DNA of 64,000 nt, taken from positions 576,001 to 640,000 of the forward strand of contig CAWGHO010000002.1 in NCBI GenBank assembly GCA_963822445.1. Reading direction: 5' to 3'. This DNA comes from an uncultured Acidobacteriota bacterium. Its GTDB lineage: Bacteria; Acidobacteriota; Thermoanaerobaculia; Gp7-AA8. How positions within the stretch are numbered: the stretch's first letter is position 1; each line of letters starts with the position of its first letter. Shown piece after piece: positions 31,908 through 42,800 of this stretch. Under the pieces are notes generated by a model that worked only from the letters and a program-made list of their open reading frames with translations, did not search any database and had not been told where the DNA came from. The position numbers and the translations under genes were made by a program.

Positions 31908-32375
31908 CTAGGCCGGCCCGGCGCACACGTCGCGTAGCCACGTTTCGGCCGCGGAGTCATCGCGGGCCGAGGTCAGGAAGCGGAGCCATGCGCTCCGCTC
32001 GTGAAGGACCGCGGCGAGCTCCCACACACAAAAGGTCGGCTTGTGCTCGCCCTCGCGCGGGAAGAGCGCGAACCCATCCATCGACGCGTCTTTGTAGAAC
32101 ACCGTTTCCCACAGCTCGTTCTCGTTCAGCCAGGTGCAGACCATGAGGAAGTAGAAGTCGGAACCGCAGCGGTGCAGCACGACGAAGCCGCGGCCGCGCG
32201 CTTCGAACGGCGTGGTGTCGAGATACGTGCGGGCCAGCCGCGCAATCGCGGTCGGCACCGGCGCGTCCTCAGGATGAACGTCGTACCACTTCAGGGTCAG
32301 GTCCGGCGACACGATTGCGTCGCCGGGCGTGACCCGCTTCGGTTTATGAACGTAGGACGGATCGACTCCGATCAT
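31908..32375 (-). CDS. Hypothetical protein
   Basis: Host-like codon usage; globular composition (GFVVLHR..W..ENEL..CVWELAAVLHER). Confidence 0.75.
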   Translation of the reverse strand: MIGVDPSYVHKPKRVTPGDAIVSPDLTLKWYDVHPEDAPVPTAIARLARTYLDTTPFEARGRGFVVLHRCGSDFYFLMVCTWLNENELWETVFYKDASMDGFALFPREGEHKPTFCVWELAAVLHERSAWLRFLTSARDDSAAETWLRDVCAGPA

Positions 32376-32396
32376 GGCCGTTCATCGTACTGCTCT

Positions 32397-34661
32397 CTAG
32401 AACAGCCACGCGTACCCCACCTTCACGAAAAACGTCCGATCGGCCTCGGTCAGCCCGACGCTGACCGGCGGCTTTCCCTGCTCGAGCTCGAACTCGCCGC
32501 CGAGGCGCGTTCCTGAATAGCCGGCGAAGAACACCGTCTGCGGGTTGACCTTGTACGAGAACAGCAGCTGCGGGAAGAGCCGCTTGAACTTCGCCGAAGG
32601 ATCGCTGTGCTGGTAGAGAAGCGGATCACGGGTGATGTCGGTGTATTGAAGGATGGCCCGCGCGAACATGCGGATATTGAACTGATAGACCGCTCGCAGC
32701 TGTGTCACTTCCGCGCTGAACAGCTTGCCGCCGGGCACGTCGAGGTCTTCGTACGAGTGATCGAGATCGACCTTCGTGCGGACGCCGATGTTCCAGCGCA
32801 CGCCGCCGCCGACGCGGAACCGCTCGCCGAGCTGCGTGTTCGCGAAATCGATCTGATCGGCGAACGTTCCGCTGAGGAAGACCAGCAGATCGCCGATCGG
32901 ACGCGCTTCCACGTTCCAGTGCAGGAACTGCGTGTCGAAGTCCTTGTCGTTGAACCGCTGATTGCGGCCGCCCACGACGATCTGCGCGAAGGACTGCATC
33001 GGGCCCTGAATCGCCGCCCAGCCCTCCAGCTCGCGCTCGATCAGCTCGCCGCTCTGCTGAGTCATGTCGTCGTAATCGCCGCCCAGCCACCAGCGCGTGT
33101 ACCAGTTCTTCCCCTTCTCGCCGTAACCGGAGTACTCGACGACCGCGTTGCCGTACCTGTAGCCGACCTGCGGAATGAATCCCGAGTCGGCGCGGAACTC
33201 CGAGCCGATGTTCTCGTACGTCGCGCCGTAGAACAGATGTTTGGAGTTGTGCCGGTACTGAACGCGCCCTCCGAGACCGCTCGTGCTCGCGGGCTGCTTC
33301 GGAAACAGGTCGAGGACCACCTGCGGGTACTGGCCGCTCGTCCCCAGCACCTGCGCGGTGATGGTGTCCTTTGCGCTGATGCGGAAGTTGCCGTCGATTC
33401 CGTACACGCGGTTGTTGTAATCGTCGCCGTCGCGCGTGGTCAGCATCGCGCCGATCGACGACGTCTCGCCGACGTTAAAACGGTACCGGAACGCGGACGA
33501 CCGGTTGTTACCGGGAATGAAGATGACGTCCGACTCCTCGGGCCCCGGGATCATCAACTGGGTGATCTCATCCTCGGCCACGAACGCGCCGATGGTCGAT
33601 CTGCCGAGGCGGCCGGTGGTCTTCAGACCGAACTTCGGATCGGCGACCGTGCGCGTGTAGACGGCCTGCAGCGGACCTTCGAAGAAGTCGTAGCCCTCGA
33701 GGAAGAACGGCCGCTTTTCATTGAAGAAGAGCGCGAAGGTCGTGTTGATGTCGAGCTGCACCGCATCGGCTTCGATCTGCGAGAAGTCGGGATTGATCGC
33801 CGCGTTCAAGGTCAGGTTCGGGGTAATGCCCCAGCGCGCGGTGAGGCCGGCGTCGACGTTGGTGCCGCCAGAGGTCAGAGCGCCGACCGGGAACTCTTCG
33901 CGCGCGCTCGTGTGCTGCGCGGTGATGGTCGGGTCGAGCTCGATGTCGCGGCCGGGAGTGATGCCGCGGAAGCCGGTGACGCGCGAGGACTGGCAGAGGT
34001 AACAGTTGCGGTTGCGGTCCTGCCCCTGGAGGCCGAGGCGGTGACGGGCGCTTCGGGGGTAGATGCGGACCATGTCTACGCCCCAGGTCTGCTCCGCGTC
34101 GGTGCGCGGGAAGCGGATCGACGTGAAGGGGATGGCCATCTCCACGATGTACCCCTCGGCGGTGATGCGCCCTGCCGAGTTCCAGATCGCGTCCCACGAC
34201 GAATCCTCGTTGCGGTTCGTGTCGTCCTGGATCAGATCCATCTGCACGCCCAGCGGATTCACGAAGAACTCGAAGGCGCGGCGGTTGTCGTTGAAGGTAT
34301 CGAGGACCACGCCGACGAAGTCGTCGCTGAAGGCGTTGTCGCGATCGGAGAGGTGGGCGCGGATGTCGGCCGGCTTCGGATCGAAGGCCTGGAAGGCGAT
34401 GTAGAGGTTCTTCTGGTCGTAGGTCAGGTAGCCGACGGTGCGGGCCGGCGGGGCGATGTTGTCGCCGGGGCTCGTTTCGGCGTCGAACTCCATCGGCACC
34501 GCCGTTTTCCAGATTGCCTCGTCGAGAACTCCGTCGACTTTGATCGCTTCCGTGGTCGACTCGACGCGGTATTGCTTGGCTTTGATGGGGACCTTGGTTT
34601 CCTGGGCGAGAGCGGGGAACGAGACCACCAGGAGCGCGGCTGCCAACGTCGAAACCTTCAC
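32397..34661 (-). CDS. CBM9-like domain plus DUF5916-like outer-membrane beta-barrel protein
   Basis: Signal peptide; IKVDGVLDE..W; LDTFND.RRAFEFFVNPLGVQ; NPDFSQIEAD; EKRPFFLEG; ends with aromatic YAWLF. Confidence 0.88.
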   Translation of the reverse strand: MKVSTLAAALLVVSFPALAQETKVPIKAKQYRVESTTEAIKVDGVLDEAIWKTAVPMEFDAETSPGDNIAPPARTVGYLTYDQKNLYIAFQAFDPKPADIRAHLSDRDNAFSDDFVGVVLDTFNDNRRAFEFFVNPLGVQMDLIQDDTNRNEDSSWDAIWNSAGRITAEGYIVEMAIPFTSIRFPRTDAEQTWGVDMVRIYPRSARHRLGLQGQDRNRNCYLCQSSRVTGFRGITPGRDIELDPTITAQHTSAREEFPVGALTSGGTNVDAGLTARWGITPNLTLNAAINPDFSQIEADAVQLDINTTFALFFNEKRPFFLEGYDFFEGPLQAVYTRTVADPKFGLKTTGRLGRSTIGAFVAEDEITQLMIPGPEESDVIFIPGNNRSSAFRYRFNVGETSSIGAMLTTRDGDDYNNRVYGIDGNFRISAKDTITAQVLGTSGQYPQVVLDLFPKQPASTSGLGGRVQYRHNSKHLFYGATYENIGSEFRADSGFIPQVGYRYGNAVVEYSGYGEKGKNWYTRWWLGGDYDDMTQQSGELIERELEGWAAIQGPMQSFAQIVVGGRNQRFNDKDFDTQFLHWNVEARPIGDLLVFLSGTFADQIDFANTQLGERFRVGGGVRWNIGVRTKVDLDHSYEDLDVPGGKLFSAEVTQLRAVYQFNIRMFARAILQYTDITRDPLLYQHSDPSAKFKRLFPQLLFSYKVNPQTVFFAGYSGTRLGGEFELEQGKPPVSVGLTEADRTFFVKVGYAWLF

Positions 34662-34694
34662 ATGACCTCCCGAGATGCTATTTTCTTAGCAGTG

Positions 34695-34719
34695 TACGAA
34701 GCTCGACGTAGATAGTTTC
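34695..34719 (-). promoter_or_regulatory. Putative ECF-sigma promoter
   Basis: Minus strand GAAAC-N16-CGTA, upstream of the GGGAGG RBS. Confidence 0.5.
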
Positions 34720-34767
34720 TCGCCCTGCTGAAAAGTGTTTGACGGGGGTCTGGAAGGGAAGTTTGCT

Positions 34768-34801
34768 GACGTAGAGCAGACAGGAGTGTCTGCTCTACGT
34801 C
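34768..34801. repeat. GTAG-type REP-like palindrome
   Basis: GACGTAGAGCAGAC-AGGAGT-GTCTGCTCTACGTC, with 14-bp perfect arms. Confidence 0.8.
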
Positions 34802-34842
34802 CGACGGCAGATGGCGGCGGGGTGTGAGACCATCCGCCCCCT

Positions 34843-36183
34843 ATGCCTTTTTCTTCATTCGGACTTCATCCAGATCTACTTCGCGGCGTCAAAGAGCTCG
34901 GGTTCACCCGGCCGACGCCGATTCAGAACGACGCCATTCCGCCGGCGCTGCAGGGCAAGGACCTGCTCGCGGCCGCCGCGACGGGCAGCGGCAAGACCGC
35001 GGCGTTTCTTCTTCCGATTCTCAACCGGCTCATGGGCAAGAAGCGGGGCACGACCCGCGCGCTCATCCTGACGCCGACCCGCGAGCTCGCCGCGCAGATC
35101 GACGAGCACCTCCGCGATCTCGCCGTGCACACGCCGATCTCCGGTGCCGCGATCTACGGCGGCGTGGGGATGGGACCGCAGGAGCATGCCTTCCGCAGCG
35201 GCGTGGACGTGCTCGTCGCGACACCGGGCCGTCTGCTCGATCACTTCACCCGGCCGTACGCGCGGCTCGATGGGCTGGAAGTGCTCGTGCTCGACGAGGC
35301 CGACCGCATGCTGGACATGGGCTTTCTGCCCGACATCCGGCGCGTCCTCAAGCAACTGCCCACCAAACGGCAGACGCTCTTCTTCTCCGCGACCATGCCC
35401 GGCCCGATCGTGCAGCTCTCGCAGGAGATGCTCAAGAGCCCGGTGATGATCTCGATCGAGCGCAAGGCCGCGCCGGCGGTCGGCATCACCCAGTCGGTCT
35501 TCCCCGTGCCGCAGGAGTTGAAGATGTCGCTCCTGGAGACGCTGATCCAGCGTGGCGAAATCCAGAACGCGATCGTCTTCACCCGCACGAAGCATCGCGC
35601 GAACCGGCTCTTCGAACAGCTGGAGAAGAAGCGGATCAAGGTCGCGCGCATTCACGGCAATCGCAGCCAGGTGCAACGCACGGAGGCGCTGGCCGGCTTC
35701 AAGGCTGGGAAGTATCAGATTCTCGTCGCCACCGACATCGCCGCGCGGGGCATCGACGTCGAGGCGCTGTCGCACGTGGTCAATTTCGACGTGCCGAATG
35801 TGCCCGAGGACTACATCCATCGGGTTGGACGAACGGCGCGTGCGGAGCTGACCGGCGATGCGATCACGTTCGTCGCGCAGGATGAGGAGCCGGATCTTCG
35901 GGCGATCGAGAAGGCCATCGGCAAACGCCTGCCGCGAGTGACCGTGCCCGACTTCGATTACGCGCGCCGGCCGACGGAGAAGCTGGAGATCCCGATTCAG
36001 GAGCGCATCGCCGCGATTCGCGCGCGCAAATCGGAAGAGCGTGCACGGGCGAAAGCGAAAGCGGAGCGACGCGCGAATGCGCCGCCGGCGGCGCCGGCGA
36101 GGAAGGCGGCACCGGCAGGCCCTCGGAGAGATGCGCGGCCGGGCGGTTCGCCGGCCCGGAGTCGGGGCAGACGGAGGCCGTAG
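34843..36183 (+). CDS. rhlE: DEAD-box RNA helicase (RhlE-like)
   Basis: Q motif PTPIQ, ATGSGKT, PTRELA, DEAD, SAT, HRVGRTAR; basic tail. Confidence 0.93.
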   Translation: MPFSSFGLHPDLLRGVKELGFTRPTPIQNDAIPPALQGKDLLAAAATGSGKTAAFLLPILNRLMGKKRGTTRALILTPTRELAAQIDEHLRDLAVHTPISGAAIYGGVGMGPQEHAFRSGVDVLVATPGRLLDHFTRPYARLDGLEVLVLDEADRMLDMGFLPDIRRVLKQLPTKRQTLFFSATMPGPIVQLSQEMLKSPVMISIERKAAPAVGITQSVFPVPQELKMSLLETLIQRGEIQNAIVFTRTKHRANRLFEQLEKKRIKVARIHGNRSQVQRTEALAGFKAGKYQILVATDIAARGIDVEALSHVVNFDVPNVPEDYIHRVGRTARAELTGDAITFVAQDEEPDLRAIEKAIGKRLPRVTVPDFDYARRPTEKLEIPIQERIAAIRARKSEERARAKAKAERRANAPPAAPARKAAPAGPRRDARPGGSPARSRGRRRP

Positions 36184-36188
36184 GGATA

Positions 36189-36250
36189 AGTCGTTAGTCG
36201 TTAGTAGACCCCTTCATCTACTAACGACTAATCACTAACCACTAACGACT
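36189..36250. repeat. Heptamer micro-array forming a hairpin (ACTAACG-type)
   Basis: (AGTCGTT)2 then ACTAACG ACTAATC ACTAACC ACTAACG; 15-bp perfect stem at 36194-36208 and 36217-36231. Confidence 0.85.
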
Positions 36251-36290
36251 CCCCTGAGGGACTTTCCCCTTCGTTTACGCGATCCCTTGC

Positions 36291-37289
36291 ATGACTAAAC
36301 GTGTGGCTTCCGGTCTTCTGCTCCTGCTGTCTCTGTCCGTCTCCGCATTCGCCATCTCTCCCGCCGACGTCGCCACGGCCGACATCCGCAAGCTCGTCGA
36401 CGTCAAATCGATCCGGGGAGCAAAGGGCTCGAAGCGCGTCGCCGTTCCCGGTTATCGGGTCATCTTCACCACCCGGACGAAGGTCGTCGCCAATGCCGAG
36501 GACTGGCTGGGTGGGGTGGGCGGCGGGAAGAGCTCCGGAGCGAAAGCCACGATGGAAGTCGTCCTCGGCAATGTCGACTTCGAGAACCTCCAGGCCATTG
36601 CCGACGCGGCCTACGCCGATTTCATCGATGAGCTGAAAGCGGGCGGAGTGGACGTCGTGCCCCTGGAGACCATCGTCGCGTCGCCCTCGTTTCAGAAGAT
36701 GAAGATGACCGGCAGCACCGCGGCCAAGCCGTACACGAAGAAGTCCCGCGATGCGAAGACCAGCTACGTCGTGGCCTCGCCGTCCGCAATTCCGCTCTGG
36801 TTCACGAGCTTCGACGGCGACATCAGCGATCAGGGCATGGGTCAGACCAACATCCGCGCCCTGCTCTCGATGGCCAGGGAGCTCGACGCGCTGATGCTCT
36901 TCCCGATCATGCACATCGACTTCGCGACGGTCGGCGGCAGCGGCGGCAAGTTCGCCCGCCGCGCCTCGGTGACGGCGAAGGCGGCCATCTACGCCAATCC
37001 CGCCTACACCTTGTTCTACATCGCCAACGAGAAAGGCGGCGCGTTCGCGCGCATGACCGACGGCATCGGCGTGGAAGGTGATCCCGGCGAGTTCGTCACC
37101 GCCGATCAGGCTTCCAACGCGCCGTTCATCGAAGGGATGCAGAAGATCGGCATCGACTTCGGACCGGTGAAGAGCAAGAAGAACATGGTCCTGCAGACGA
37201 ACCCCGAGAACTTCCAGAGTCTTGCTCTCGAGGCCCTGAGCGGCACGAACGAAGCGTTCCGGCGGGGACTGCAGGAAGCGATGAAGTAG
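36291..37289 (+). CDS. Hypothetical secreted protein
   Basis: Sec signal (MTKRVASGLLLLLSLSVSAFA); strong host codon bias. Confidence 0.8.
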   Translation: MTKRVASGLLLLLSLSVSAFAISPADVATADIRKLVDVKSIRGAKGSKRVAVPGYRVIFTTRTKVVANAEDWLGGVGGGKSSGAKATMEVVLGNVDFENLQAIADAAYADFIDELKAGGVDVVPLETIVASPSFQKMKMTGSTAAKPYTKKSRDAKTSYVVASPSAIPLWFTSFDGDISDQGMGQTNIRALLSMARELDALMLFPIMHIDFATVGGSGGKFARRASVTAKAAIYANPAYTLFYIANEKGGAFARMTDGIGVEGDPGEFVTADQASNAPFIEGMQKIGIDFGPVKSKKNMVLQTNPENFQSLALEALSGTNEAFRRGLQEAMK

Positions 37290-37292
37290 CGC

Positions 37293-39701
37293 TCAGGCCG
37301 TGGCGCGGGTGGCGAGGCGCACGACGTCATCGACCAGGTGGAACGGGTCGATGGGCTTGGTCAGGTAGAGGTCGAAGCCGCTCTTCTCGCCGGGCCGGGC
37401 CGGAAACGCGGACAGGGCGATGATCTTCAGCTGCGGGCCGTACGCCCGGGCCCGCAGCGTACGGGTGAACGTGTAGCCGTCCATTTCCGGCATGGCGATG
37501 TCGGTGATGACGATGTCGGGCTGGCTGTGGTCGAGCGATTCGAACGCGGCCGCAGCCGACTCGACCGGCAGCACGTTCGCTCCCGCGGCGCGCAGGACGG
37601 TCGTGATCATCTTCCGCGACTCCGGCTCGTCGTCGACCAGCACGATCTGCACGCCGCGCAGCCGGTCGCGATGGAGGAAGGTCTCCCCCATCGGATTGCG
37701 GATCGCACCGGTATTCGTGCTGACCGCGCGAACGGGCAGCGTGACGTTGAACGTTGCGCCCTTGCCGCGGCCCTCGCTCTCCGCGCTGATCGTTCCCCCG
37801 TGTGCTTCGACGATGTAGCGCACGATCGACAATCCCAGTCCCAGGCCGCCGTGCACGCGCGTCTGCGGCACCTCGGCCTGGCGGAACGGCTCGAAGATGT
37901 GCGGGAGAAACGCCGGGTCGATCCCCTCGCCGTTGTCGGTGACGGTGATCTGGAGATGCGACGCGGTCCGCCGCGCGGACACCTGCACCAGCCCCTGCTT
38001 CGGCGTGAACTTCACCGCGTTGGCTACCAGATTCCAGATGACCTGCTGGATGCGGGTCGGGTCGACGACCATCATGCCCAGGGCCGTCTCCATCGAGGTC
38101 TTGATGGTGATCTGTTTCGCCTCGGCGCTGGCATTGACCGCGTCGATGGCATTCGTGATCAGGCGCGACACTTCGACGGTCTCCGGTGCGAGCCGCATCT
38201 TCCCGGACACGATGCGCGAGACGTCGAGGATGTCGTCGATGAGACGCGCCTGCAGCTGCGCGCCACCGGCGATCGAGGCGATGGCCTCGCGGAAAATCGG
38301 GTCCTCCGGCGACATCGAGGGAAGCATGCGCGCCCAGCCGAGGATGGCGGTCATGGGGGTGCGGAGCTCGTGGGAGAGCGTCATCAGGAACTCGTCCTTG
38401 GCGCGGTTCGCTTCCTGGGCCACGCGGTACGACGCTTCCGCGCGGCGCCGCTCTTCCTCGGCCTGGAGGCGCGCTTCGCGCTGTTCGAGCAGCGCCTGCC
38501 GCGTCTCCTCGGCCTCCTTGCGATCGGTGATGTCCCGGGTCACCTTCGCGAAGCCGCGCAACTCGCCGTGTGCGTCGTACACCGCGGTGATGACCACGTT
38601 CGCCCAGAAGCGGCTGCCGTCTTTGCGCACGCGCCAGCCTTCGTCCTCGACGCTCCCCTTCTCGCGGGCAATCTCCAGCTCGCGCGCGGGCTTACCCGCG
38701 GCATTGTCCTCTTCGCCGTAGAACGTCGAGAAGTGCCGCCCGATGATCTCCTCGGGCTCGTAGCCCTTGATCCTCTGCGCGCCCTTGTTCCAGGTGGCGA
38801 CGTTGCCGTTCGGATCGAGCATGAAGATCGCGTAATCGCGCACCGATGAGACCAGCAGCTGAAAGATCTCGGTGTTGTGGCGGAGCGCCTCTTCGGCCGC
38901 GCGGCGCTCGGTCATGTCGCGGGTCACTTTTGCGAAGCCGCGCAACTGGCCGTGTGCGTCGTACACGGCGGTAATGAGCACGTTTGCCCAGAAGCGGGTG
39001 CCGTCTTTCCGGATGCGCCAGCCCTCGTCTTCGACGCTTCCCTTCTCGCGGGCGATCTCCAGCTTCTGCTCGGGCTTGCGCGCGGCCTTGTCTTCATCGC
39101 TGTAGAACGCGGAGAAGTGCCGTCCGATGATCTCTTCGGGCTTGTAGCCTTTGATCTTCTGTGCGCCGCTGTTCCAGGTGGCGACGTTGCCGTTCGGGTC
39201 GAGCATGAAGATCGCGTAATCGCGCACCGATGAGACGAGCAGCTGGAAGATCTCCGCGCTGTGGCGAAGGTCTTCTTCCGCCTCGCGGGGTCGGGTCATG
39301 TCGCGCGTGACTTTCGCGAACCCGTGAACGCCTCCGTCGCTGTCGCGCAGGACGGTGACGATCGTGTTCGCCCAGAACCGCGTGCCGTCCTTTCGCAGGC
39401 GCCAACCCTCGTCTTCGACGCGGCCTTCGCTGGCTGCGGTGGCGAGCTCGCGAGCCGGTTTGCCGGCCTCGAGATCGTCAGGGCTGAAGAAGACCGCGAA
39501 GTTGCGGCCGACGATCTCGGACTCTTCGTAGCCGAAGATCCGCGCGGCGCCGCGATTCCAGGAACGAATGGTCCCGTCAGGGCCGAGAAGGAAGATCCCG
39601 TAGTCCTGGACGGCATCCACGAGAAGCGCGAGCTCTTCGGAAACGACGCCCGCGCGTCCCTGGTCGGCGTTCGGCAATGTCATGAGTCGTTCGACTCCCA
39701 T
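37293..39701 (-). CDS. Hybrid sensor kinase (PAS x3-HisKA-HATPase-REC)
   Basis: Three DYAIF.LD..G....WN.GA..EDEGWR.RKDG PAS-PAC units, LSHELRTPM, GGLGLGL and a receiver ITDIAMP; the start could be ATG 39683. Confidence 0.95.
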   Translation of the reverse strand: MGVERLMTLPNADQGRAGVVSEELALLVDAVQDYGIFLLGPDGTIRSWNRGAARIFGYEESEIVGRNFAVFFSPDDLEAGKPARELATAASEGRVEDEGWRLRKDGTRFWANTIVTVLRDSDGGVHGFAKVTRDMTRPREAEEDLRHSAEIFQLLVSSVRDYAIFMLDPNGNVATWNSGAQKIKGYKPEEIIGRHFSAFYSDEDKAARKPEQKLEIAREKGSVEDEGWRIRKDGTRFWANVLITAVYDAHGQLRGFAKVTRDMTERRAAEEALRHNTEIFQLLVSSVRDYAIFMLDPNGNVATWNKGAQRIKGYEPEEIIGRHFSTFYGEEDNAAGKPARELEIAREKGSVEDEGWRVRKDGSRFWANVVITAVYDAHGELRGFAKVTRDITDRKEAEETRQALLEQREARLQAEEERRRAEASYRVAQEANRAKDEFLMTLSHELRTPMTAILGWARMLPSMSPEDPIFREAIASIAGGAQLQARLIDDILDVSRIVSGKMRLAPETVEVSRLITNAIDAVNASAEAKQITIKTSMETALGMMVVDPTRIQQVIWNLVANAVKFTPKQGLVQVSARRTASHLQITVTDNGEGIDPAFLPHIFEPFRQAEVPQTRVHGGLGLGLSIVRYIVEAHGGTISAESEGRGKGATFNVTLPVRAVSTNTGAIRNPMGETFLHRDRLRGVQIVLVDDEPESRKMITTVLRAAGANVLPVESAAAAFESLDHSQPDIVITDIAMPEMDGYTFTRTLRARAYGPQLKIIALSAFPARPGEKSGFDLYLTKPIDPFHLVDDVVRLATRATA

Positions 39702-39885
39702 GCGAGGACCATGCTCAACAGGAAGTTGACGCGGTTCAACGCTTTAACCGTCAATCACCTACAACCGCTTTCCCGAAAAAATCACGCCCGGCTCGGTTCC
39801 TTCCCTCCTGCCTTGTGTACGCTACCGCACTGTCCGTCTCTCCCCATCCACAATCTGATTTCCGACCCCGCCGGAGGAGTTGCTG

Positions 39886-42800
39886 ATGCCCCCGAGTCGC
39901 TCGTTTTCTCGTTTTCTTGGCCTGTCTATCGCCTGCGCCGTCCTGTTTCTCGCACCGGCCGCGCACGCAGCGCTCACCATCGAGCCTCTCACCTGGAACG
40001 TCGTCGGTCTGGACAGCAACACCCCTACCGACGGGCCAAACCGCTTTCCCGTCGGAGCACGCGTCTGCAGCAGCGTGAACACGACGAACGTCAGCGTGAG
40101 CTTCGTCTGGGACTCGGCGAACGCGTTCATCAACCTGCGCCCGGGATCGCTCAGCACGATCCTCATCCCGTCGATCAGCGCGGGCGACTGCGCCGACGCC
40201 TACTTCGAAGTGGAGGTCGATAAGAACGCGCTGGCCTTCGACACGGCCCGGCGCTACCACATCACCGCGACCGACTTCTCGGGAACGGTCTCCACTCCGA
40301 CCCCGCGCGAGATCTACGTCGAGCATCTGATCTCCCAGAGCCGCAACTCCATCAGCGACGTGAAGTACGGCACCGACCCGATGAACCTGACTTCGGTCGC
40401 CCCCGGCGGCTCGATGTCGCTGGTCGTCGGCAACACGTACACCATCCAGCTCCTCGGCGGGACAGCCACGCAGGGCTACAACCAGTTCGAAGCGTTCATC
40501 AACTTCCCCAACACGATCTTTCAGGTCCTCGCGGTCGAGACGACGTACTCGGCGAACAATTCGCCCTACGTCACCGGACCAGCGCCCCTGATTCACGATC
40601 AGCTCTACGCCGACGCCTGTCTGTGGGAAAACGATCCGAACAGCCCGAACTACCGTTCCTGCGTCGGCGGCGACTTCAAGTCCGGCGGCAGCACGGTCAT
40701 CACCACCTACACGATCAAGATCATCGGCGGCGGCGGAACGAGCGAAGCGCTGAACACGCTGCTCTACGACTTCTCCGGCAGCAGCTTCCATTACAACGCC
40801 GACTTCGCGACGGGCGCGCGCGTCGCGAACATCATCGACCCGGCGTCAGCCACCATCAGCAAGAGCTTCAGCCCGAATCCGACCGCGGTGAACGGCATCT
40901 CCGTCCTCACCTTCACCCTGACCAACCCGAACCCGGGAACGCTGGGCGGCTACAACTTCGTCGACAACCTTCCGGCGAACCTGCAGGTGGCCGCGACTCC
41001 GGGCGTGACGAGCAGCGGCTGCGGAACGCCGACCATCACCGCGAACGCCGGCGCGAGCTCGATCACCTTCGCGAACGGAACGCTGGCCGCCAACGCGACC
41101 TGCCTGGTGAACGTCAACGTCACGCCGACGGCGACGGGCACGTTCAACAACACGACGAACAACCTCTTCATCGGAACGATCGACACCGGCGACAATGCCG
41201 CGGCCTCGCTGACGGTCAACACCGATACGCCCGGCACCGGTTTGTGCGGCGTGACCCTCGCCAGCTGGACCGTGCCGAACGGCACCACCGCCAATCCGCC
41301 TGACCTCACCGGCGGCGTTCCGACGGTCAAGGCCGCGAACGTGGCCACGGCAACAGCGGCTGCCTTCATCCCGGCGGGAACGTCGATCGTTGCCACCAGC
41401 GGCCACATCGACACGACCTCCTGGCGCACCTGGGGCTACAAGAACGACGGGCAGTACATCGACTTCACGGTCAACACGTCGAACTACACGGCCGTGCAGA
41501 TGAGCTTCTGGGTGGCGAACCCCAGCCCGGCCAACGGCCCGACTTCGCTCACGGTCCAGGTGAACAACGGCGGCGGATTCGGCGCGGCGGTGCTCACCGT
41601 TCCCAATCCCGCGATCGGGTTCACCCAGCACACCATCAATCTGACCGGGCTGACCAACACGACCGGCAACACGATCTTCCGCATTGCCGCGACGGGCGCC
41701 AACGCCGACACGAGCGGCGCCGCGCTGAATTTCGACGACATCACCTTCACCGGCTGCACGAGCGCCGTCGACCCGACGTTCTCCAAGTCGTTCTCGCCGG
41801 ATCCGATCGCGGTGAACGGCACGTCGACCCTGACCTTCACGATCACCAATACGAATGCGGTGGCCCTGAACAACGCCAAGTTCATCGACACGCTGCCGGC
41901 CGGCGTGCAGGTCGCGGCCGTTCCCGCGGCGAGCACGACCTGCACCGGTTCACCCTCCTGGGCACCGACGGCAGGCTCGACGACCCTCAACTTCGGCCAG
42001 ACCACCGGCGCGATCATCCCGGCCAGCGGCTCCTGCACGGTGTCTGTGAACGTGACTGCGACGACCGGCGGTCCCCACTCCAACGTGAGCGGCTTCCTGT
42101 CGACGACCGAGACCGGAACCGTGAACGGCTCCATCGCCAGCGACACGCTGACGGCGGTCCTGCCGCCGGCGATCGACAAGCTGTTCTCGCCGTCGCCGAT
42201 CCTTCCGGGCGGCACGTCGACGCTGACGTTCACGCTCACCAATCCGAATCAGAACGACGCCCTCTCCGGCGTCGCCTTCACCGACACCTTCCCGGTCGCA
42301 CCGGGCGCGATGACCGTCGCCTCCGTTCCGGGCGCGACGACCAGCGGCTGCGGCGCACCGACCTTCTCGCCTGCCGCGGGCGCGGGCTCGGTCAGCTTCT
42401 CCGGCGGCACCCTCGCCCCGGGCGGAACCTGCACGGTGACCGTCAACGTGACTGCCCCCGTCGTGGGCACGTACGCGAACACGAGCGGCAACGTCTCGCA
42501 CGTGATCAACGCCCAGACCGTCAACGGCAACACCGCCAGCGACTCGCTCGACGTCGATCCGCCGAGCCCCTCGATCGCTCTGCTCAAACAGGTGAGCACG
42601 AGCCCTAGCGGACCGTGGACCTCGTTCATCGCGGTTCCCACCGGCGCGTCGGTTCATTTCCGCTTCACCGTGGAGAACACGGGCGATGTGCCGCTGACCA
42701 ACATCAGCATCAGTGACGACACGCTCAACGTCGCAACCTGCAACGCGGCGTTCACGGGGCTGACCCTGCCCGTGGCCGTCCCCGCGAACGACAACCACAT

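Noticed and set aside
39726-39739. FNR/CRP-like box TTGAC-GCGG-TTCAA between divergent genes
   Set aside because: It is a single 8/10 match with no supporting context, too weak to call.
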